DNA of 64,000 nt, taken from contig JAFGDO010000023.1 of the NCBI GenBank assembly GCA_016932045.1, positions 42,337-106,336 of the forward strand, written 5' to 3'. Shown piece after piece: positions 59,801-64,000 of the stretch. Source of the DNA: Candidatus Dojkabacteria bacterium. GTDB lineage: Bacteria > Patescibacteriota > Dojkabacteria > JAHIVN01. How positions within the stretch are numbered: the first letter of the stretch is position 1; the number at the start of each line of letters is the position of its first letter. Under the pieces are notes generated by a model that was not told the DNA's origin, searched no databases, and saw nothing but the letters and a program-made list of their open reading frames with translations. Position numbers and translations under genes: made by a program.

Positions 59801-60073
59801 ATTAGAAGCCTCATGTTTGCTAAATGTTTAGCTTTTGACTGGAGTAAGTGGATTGACAGCTAGAGGAATTTTTTCTATTATAAGAGTGTGATAATGAAAC
59901 AATTATCACGGGGCAACTTATTGCCTTGAGAGGATCTTATGAAGCGGCTTGGTGTAAACTGCTTCTTGAGTAAGTCTCTGCAGATAGACTTACTTGAAAG
60001 GTACTTATTGATAAAAACTCGAGAATAAGTACTACAAAACACAAAAAGCACTGCCTAATATTTTTACGTCTTT

Positions 60074-62566
60074 TTGCAGAACTGCCCTATGAGAGGATCA
60101 AATAGTGATATGTTTGTAGTTCCCCTTTTAAAGTTAGGGGAGGTGGGTATAGAGTCAATTGGTACAAAAGCCTACAATTTAGGGCGGCTTTTATCTTTGC
60201 GGCTTCCTGTGCCTAATGGTTTCGTTATCACAACGTCGGCTTTAGGTCAGATATTTTCTAATCAAAAACTTGATGAACTAATTTCTCGAGAGCTTGTTGG
60301 TGTTGATCTTTCTGATAGCATAAGGCTTGAGAATGCCTCAAAGAAAATTCGAAGCAGTATCTTGAAGGTGAAGATCGGAAAGGATTTAGAAAGTGAGATA
60401 AAACGTGCCTATGCTTCACTATCAGGTTTCGCTGATGCGTTTGTAGCTGTTAGAAGTTCATTCCCATTTTCTGATCCCAAAAAGGATGCTTTTGCTGGGC
60501 AGTATTCTGCATTCTTGAATGTAAAAGGGAAGAATGATCTGATTGAGAAGGTTAAGTATTGTTGGGCTTCCCTATATTCACCTCAAAATATATTTTATGC
60601 TGCGAATCGCAGTTTAGATATTTCTTCACTTCGAATTGCCGTTGTGGTTCAAAAGATGGTTCAGGCTGAAGCCAGTGGTGTGATGTTTACTTTAAATCCT
60701 ATTGATAATGACGAAAGCAAGATCGTAATAGAATGTGTTTTGGGCCTAGGGGAAGCTCTAGCAAATGGACAGCTTTCACCGGATAACTATGTCGTTGAAA
60801 AGGAGACAGAAGAGATACTAGAGAAGAAGATTGTTCCACAAGAGTGGATGTTAGTACGCAAAGGAAAAACTAAAAGGGGTGAGGATCCAAATGTAAAAGT
60901 AAAGATGGGTGGTGTATGGAAAGTAAGGCAGAAGTTAGAAAATAAATATATTAGAAAACTTGTAAAGATCGGAAAGCTAGTTGAAGAAACTTTTGGTGTG
61001 CCCCAAGATGTTGAGTGGGCATATGAGGGGGGTGGAGTTTGGATTGTTCAGACGAGGCCGGTACCTACTTTATCCATAGAGGAGGATTCATGGAAAAAAA
61101 CGCCTACTTATTCGGCTCTGAGGGCGAAAGTAGAAAGTGGTAAATCTGTAAAGGAGGATGTAGTTCTAGAGCAACAGGTCGTTGATGATGGCGTGAGTTC
61201 GTCTCCAAAAGACTTGCGTGTTCTTATTAATGGAAGGGTTACGAACGGTGGAATGGTAAGCGGTGTTGTAAAAATCATTAACTCTCCAGCTGATCTATCT
61301 TCAGTTCAGGATGGTAATGTCATAGTGACGACACGGATTTCACCTGAGTTTGAAGGTAAACTAAAAAAAGTTGTGGCCATAATTACTGACGAACCAAGCA
61401 GTGATTCGTATGAGACAATTATGGCAAGAGGACTGGGAGTCCCTTGTATAGTTGAGACGCAGATTGCGACAAAAATTTTGCGTAACGGCGAGTACGTAAC
61501 TGTAAATGGTGACACAGGGGAGGTATTTGCAGGTGCATCTGATAAAGGACTGATCGAAGCCGAAAGAGTTATCCAAAAGAGAAAGAGTATTGAAGCTGCA
61601 AAAGTTGTTCCTGTAAAGGGGCAAGAAGCTACAAAATCTAATAGTGGTGAAACTAAATACAAAACTGCCACTAAAATTATGGTGTACTTAAATGATCCCA
61701 ATCTTTCTCCAAGTCTAGCGGAACAACAAGTGGATGGAGTAGGCATTTTTGATCCTAAAGAGATAATAAAAAATTTTGGTGTACATCCACGATTAACCTT
61801 GGAAAAGAAGAAAGCTAAAGGCCAGATTATGAATGCCTTGACTTTAGGGCTCTTTCGGGTCGCAAGATCTTTTGAACCAAGGCCTGTAATCTATAAAATA
61901 TCAGATTTGAGTCCAAATAATTATTACAGCCTAAAAGGGGGAAATGAACTAGAAACAACCGAGATAAATCCGATATTGGGTTTCAGGGGAGCTAGCAGAT
62001 TTATAGTACATCAAGATGAGCTTGAACTTGAGCTTGAAGCAGTTCGGACTATAAGAAATAAGGAAAGTATACGTAATGTTTGGGTAACTATTCCGTATGT
62101 TCGAACATTAGAAGAATTTAGAGAAATGAAAAGTACGATCTCAGCAAAGGGTATTAAGAGGTCATCGACTTTTAAGCTATTTTTACTTGTTCAGATCCCT
62201 TCTACTGTAATTCGGTTAGACCAGATTATTGACCAGGGATTAGATGGAGTAATTATCGATCTTGATATGATGACGCAGCTATTTTTAGGATTTGATAAAT
62301 ACAACCCTAAAATCGGTTCAAATTATAAGGATACACATCCCGCAGTTTTATGGGCAATCGAAAGAGTAATAAAGGAATGCAATAAGGCAAAGATACAGTC
62401 TCTCATTTATGGACGAGCTATTGCATCATCCCAGAAACTAATAGACAACCTCGTTAATTGGGGTGTAAATGCGATTGTCGTCGATGCCGAGGGAGTTGAG
62501 CAAGTACGAAAGAGTGTGTATGATGCTGAAAAGAGCCTTATACTTCAAAGGAAAAGAAATAGATAG
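60074..62566 (+). CDS. PEP-utilising enzyme of the PEP synthase / pyruvate, water dikinase type (three-domain: PPDK_N nucleotide-binding, mobile phospho-carrier, TIM-barrel); phospho-His position reads Tyr
   Basis: N-domain GTKAYNLGRL ... FVITT; mobile domain VVAIITDEPSSDSYETIMARGLGVPCIV, which aligns to the canonical GGRTSHAAIIARELGIP; C-domain RPVIYKISDLS ... ILGFRGASRF; real start may be the Met at 60110. Confidence 0.8.
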   Translation: MQNCPMRGSNSDMFVVPLLKLGEVGIESIGTKAYNLGRLLSLRLPVPNGFVITTSALGQIFSNQKLDELISRELVGVDLSDSIRLENASKKIRSSILKVKIGKDLESEIKRAYASLSGFADAFVAVRSSFPFSDPKKDAFAGQYSAFLNVKGKNDLIEKVKYCWASLYSPQNIFYAANRSLDISSLRIAVVVQKMVQAEASGVMFTLNPIDNDESKIVIECVLGLGEALANGQLSPDNYVVEKETEEILEKKIVPQEWMLVRKGKTKRGEDPNVKVKMGGVWKVRQKLENKYIRKLVKIGKLVEETFGVPQDVEWAYEGGGVWIVQTRPVPTLSIEEDSWKKTPTYSALRAKVESGKSVKEDVVLEQQVVDDGVSSSPKDLRVLINGRVTNGGMVSGVVKIINSPADLSSVQDGNVIVTTRISPEFEGKLKKVVAIITDEPSSDSYETIMARGLGVPCIVETQIATKILRNGEYVTVNGDTGEVFAGASDKGLIEAERVIQKRKSIEAAKVVPVKGQEATKSNSGETKYKTATKIMVYLNDPNLSPSLAEQQVDGVGIFDPKEIIKNFGVHPRLTLEKKKAKGQIMNALTLGLFRVARSFEPRPVIYKISDLSPNNYYSLKGGNELETTEINPILGFRGASRFIVHQDELELELEAVRTIRNKESIRNVWVTIPYVRTLEEFREMKSTISAKGIKRSSTFKLFLLVQIPSTVIRLDQIIDQGLDGVIIDLDMMTQLFLGFDKYNPKIGSNYKDTHPAVLWAIERVIKECNKAKIQSLIYGRAIASSQKLIDNLVNWGVNAIVVDAEGVEQVRKSVYDAEKSLILQRKRNR

Positions 62567-62722
62567 TTCTCCTTCTAACAGAGCTAGTTTCATTACTAAT
62601 CCTCTTGTTTAATATTACCTAGCAATTATTATCTTGTGCTCATGCTTTCAATGATTTTCTAATCACTATAAAATTATGATAATATTAAATAAGTAAGGGT
62701 TATTACAAAAGTATCTTGTCAT

Positions 62723-63205
62723 ATGTCTAGCATCAAAAATACTTTGAAGGAAGTTGCAAACTTTGGACTCACATCGGGAGTTATGACGTGTCTTGGATTG
62801 ATGGTAGGAATTAATGCGGGCGTTCAGTCAAAGGTGCTCGTGATTGGCAGTGTACTAACAGTTGCTGTTGCTGACTCTTTATCAGATGCTTTGGGTATGC
62901 ATATTTCAGAGGAGGCAGAAAATATCAAGCCTGGAAAAGAACTGTGGAGTGCAACTCTTGTCACATTTATCACCAAATTTTCCATGGGAATTACTTTTCT
63001 TTTCCCGCTTTTGATACTTGAACTTTCTGTAGCAATTATTGTAAATGTAGTCTGGGGGTTTCTTGTTATTCTTGTCTTAAGTTATAGAATTTCAAAAGAC
63101 CAGAAAAGAAGAAGTATGTCAGTAATATTTGAACATTTAGCTATCGCGATACTTGTTTTAGTTATAGCACAGCTTATAGGTAGTTGGATAAATAGTGAGC
63201 TGTGA
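62723..63205 (+). CDS. small membrane protein, VIT1/CCC1-like (tentative)
   Basis: 160 aa, 4-5 hydrophobic helices, FGLTSGVMTCLGLMVGI resembles the VIT-family G-rich helix. Confidence 0.45.
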   Translation: MSSIKNTLKEVANFGLTSGVMTCLGLMVGINAGVQSKVLVIGSVLTVAVADSLSDALGMHISEEAENIKPGKELWSATLVTFITKFSMGITFLFPLLILELSVAIIVNVVWGFLVILVLSYRISKDQKRRSMSVIFEHLAIAILVLVIAQLIGSWINSEL

Positions 63206-63509
63206 TAATAATTTTAAATCTAGTGAGTATAGTTATGACGGAAAATCTAACAGAGGGTCTCCAAGTTGAAGTTGCAATGTTTAAGGGGGCACTTGAGTCA
63301 ATGATGAGGCGATAAGTTAGTTTTTCGGAAGTGTCGGCCTCATATGCCTCGTTGGTAGAACAATATGGTCAAAGTGTGGTGGATGCAGAGTTACAAGCTC
63401 AGGGGGTTCAAATTGGAGGTTTAAATCTCCATTCATAATAATTTGAAGTATAGCCCTGTCGCACAACAAAAGTTTATTAAATAAAGATTGTTAAATATTT
63501 AGAAAGTTA

Positions 63510-63971
63510 CTAGATGATTAAGTATTTCTCATAATCCTTCACAACGGGTCCCTTTTTCGTCCCACTTGGAACTATTTTAAAGCCTTCTTCTTTTAGATAC
63601 TTATCCTGTGGGAATATATTTCCTAAGTATTTATCATAAAGAAAACCTTTTGGGGGTTTTACGACTCTCCAGTAAGGTGCAACATCCTTCTTCCCTTTTC
63701 CCATCTCCATTTGTTCTTCAGCAACATTCGCTACAATGGAAGTGAAGATACCTGTTGTTAAAGGACAGGTAAAGTCGACTTTGTACTTTTTGGAAAGTTT
63801 ATCTGCGATTTGTTTAGTTGTCATCAACTTCCCTTTTGGAATTCTTCTGATGATCTTTTCTATTTCCTTTGGTGTTGAGATATACATCATACCTTTAGGG
63901 GTTCGCTTCCTTATGCACCCCTTAGAATTTGCCTCTTCTGCTTTTTGAGCCCAGGATTTTTTAGTTGCCAT
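63510..63971 (-). CDS. hypothetical basic protein; possible MGMT-fold (alkyltransferase-like) DNA-binding domain lacking the Cys acceptor
   Basis: 153 aa; TTKQIADKLSKKY ... TTGIFTSIVANVA ... APYWRVV loosely parallels the Ogt/ATL HTH plus PCHRV region, with Y-W in place of C-H. Confidence 0.45.
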   Translation of the reverse strand: MATKKSWAQKAEEANSKGCIRKRTPKGMMYISTPKEIEKIIRRIPKGKLMTTKQIADKLSKKYKVDFTCPLTTGIFTSIVANVAEEQMEMGKGKKDVAPYWRVVKPPKGFLYDKYLGNIFPQDKYLKEEGFKIVPSGTKKGPVVKDYEKYLII

Positions 63972-64000
63972 GAAAGAAAGGTAAAAAGTATAAAGTATTA

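Noticed and set aside
63234-63437. Small ORF MTENLTEGLQVEVAMFKGALESMMRR that continues in the same frame after a TAA as VSFSEVSASYASLVEQYGQSVVDAELQAQGVQIGGLNLHS
   Set aside because: This could be a stop-codon read-through or recoding candidate, or a decayed gene. No SD is present and no similarity was recognised. The evidence is too thin to call, but it is worth a tblastn.
63385-63440. GGGGGTTCAAATTGGAGG, resembling a tRNA T-arm
   Set aside because: The flanks cannot be folded into an acceptor stem or D-arm on either strand. No cloverleaf can be drawn.

Overview
This is a low-GC, tightly packed bacterial window, and its gene content fits a CPR/Patescibacteria-type genome (inference). The str-S10-spc-alpha ribosomal cluster lacks L30, uses a zinc-type S14, and many r-proteins carry Lys-rich extensions.

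Genes in the window:
- **1-9.5 kb:** folC-like Mur ligase, a PolX polymerase with a PHP domain, an IscU/NifU-like scaffold on the minus strand, a HAD hydrolase, sufS-sufU, fusA and tuf.
- **10.8-28.9 kb:** an almost uninterrupted ribosomal-protein / secY / adk / map / infA / rpmJ / rpoA block on the plus strand, broken only by one unusual extra gene between rplC and rplD.
- **28.9-34.1 kb:** a small SAM methyltransferase on the minus strand preceded by a promoter, structured leader and intrinsic terminator; a PEGA-domain protein; a 1042-aa fusion of an epimerase-like domain, a TM helix and a large extracytoplasmic domain; greA.
- **34.7-42.8 kb:** a membrane-protein island centred on a VirB4-family ATPase. 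It is preceded by a separate VirB4-N-terminal-like ORF and flanked by a NUDIX hydrolase, a CAP/SCP-domain protein and several TM proteins. This is a type-IV-secretion-like module and the best candidate for an undescribed system.
- **42.9-63.9 kb:** long-form hpf, two tandem GT4 glycosyltransferases, a 2H phosphoesterase, secA, a DUF1554-like plus MopE-type Cys-repeat surface protein, a YugP-type Zn-peptidase, gltX, a transglutaminase-like membrane protein, a Kef-type antiporter, and a PEP-synthase-like enzyme whose phospho-His position reads Tyr.

On the minus strand at 53.1-53.7 kb there is a GC-rich RNase P RNA, called from the conserved P4 and P10-12 motifs. It is unusually long (about 610 nt) and carries four internal direct repeats.

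All calls are made by eye from the ORF translations and motifs. No database search was run.
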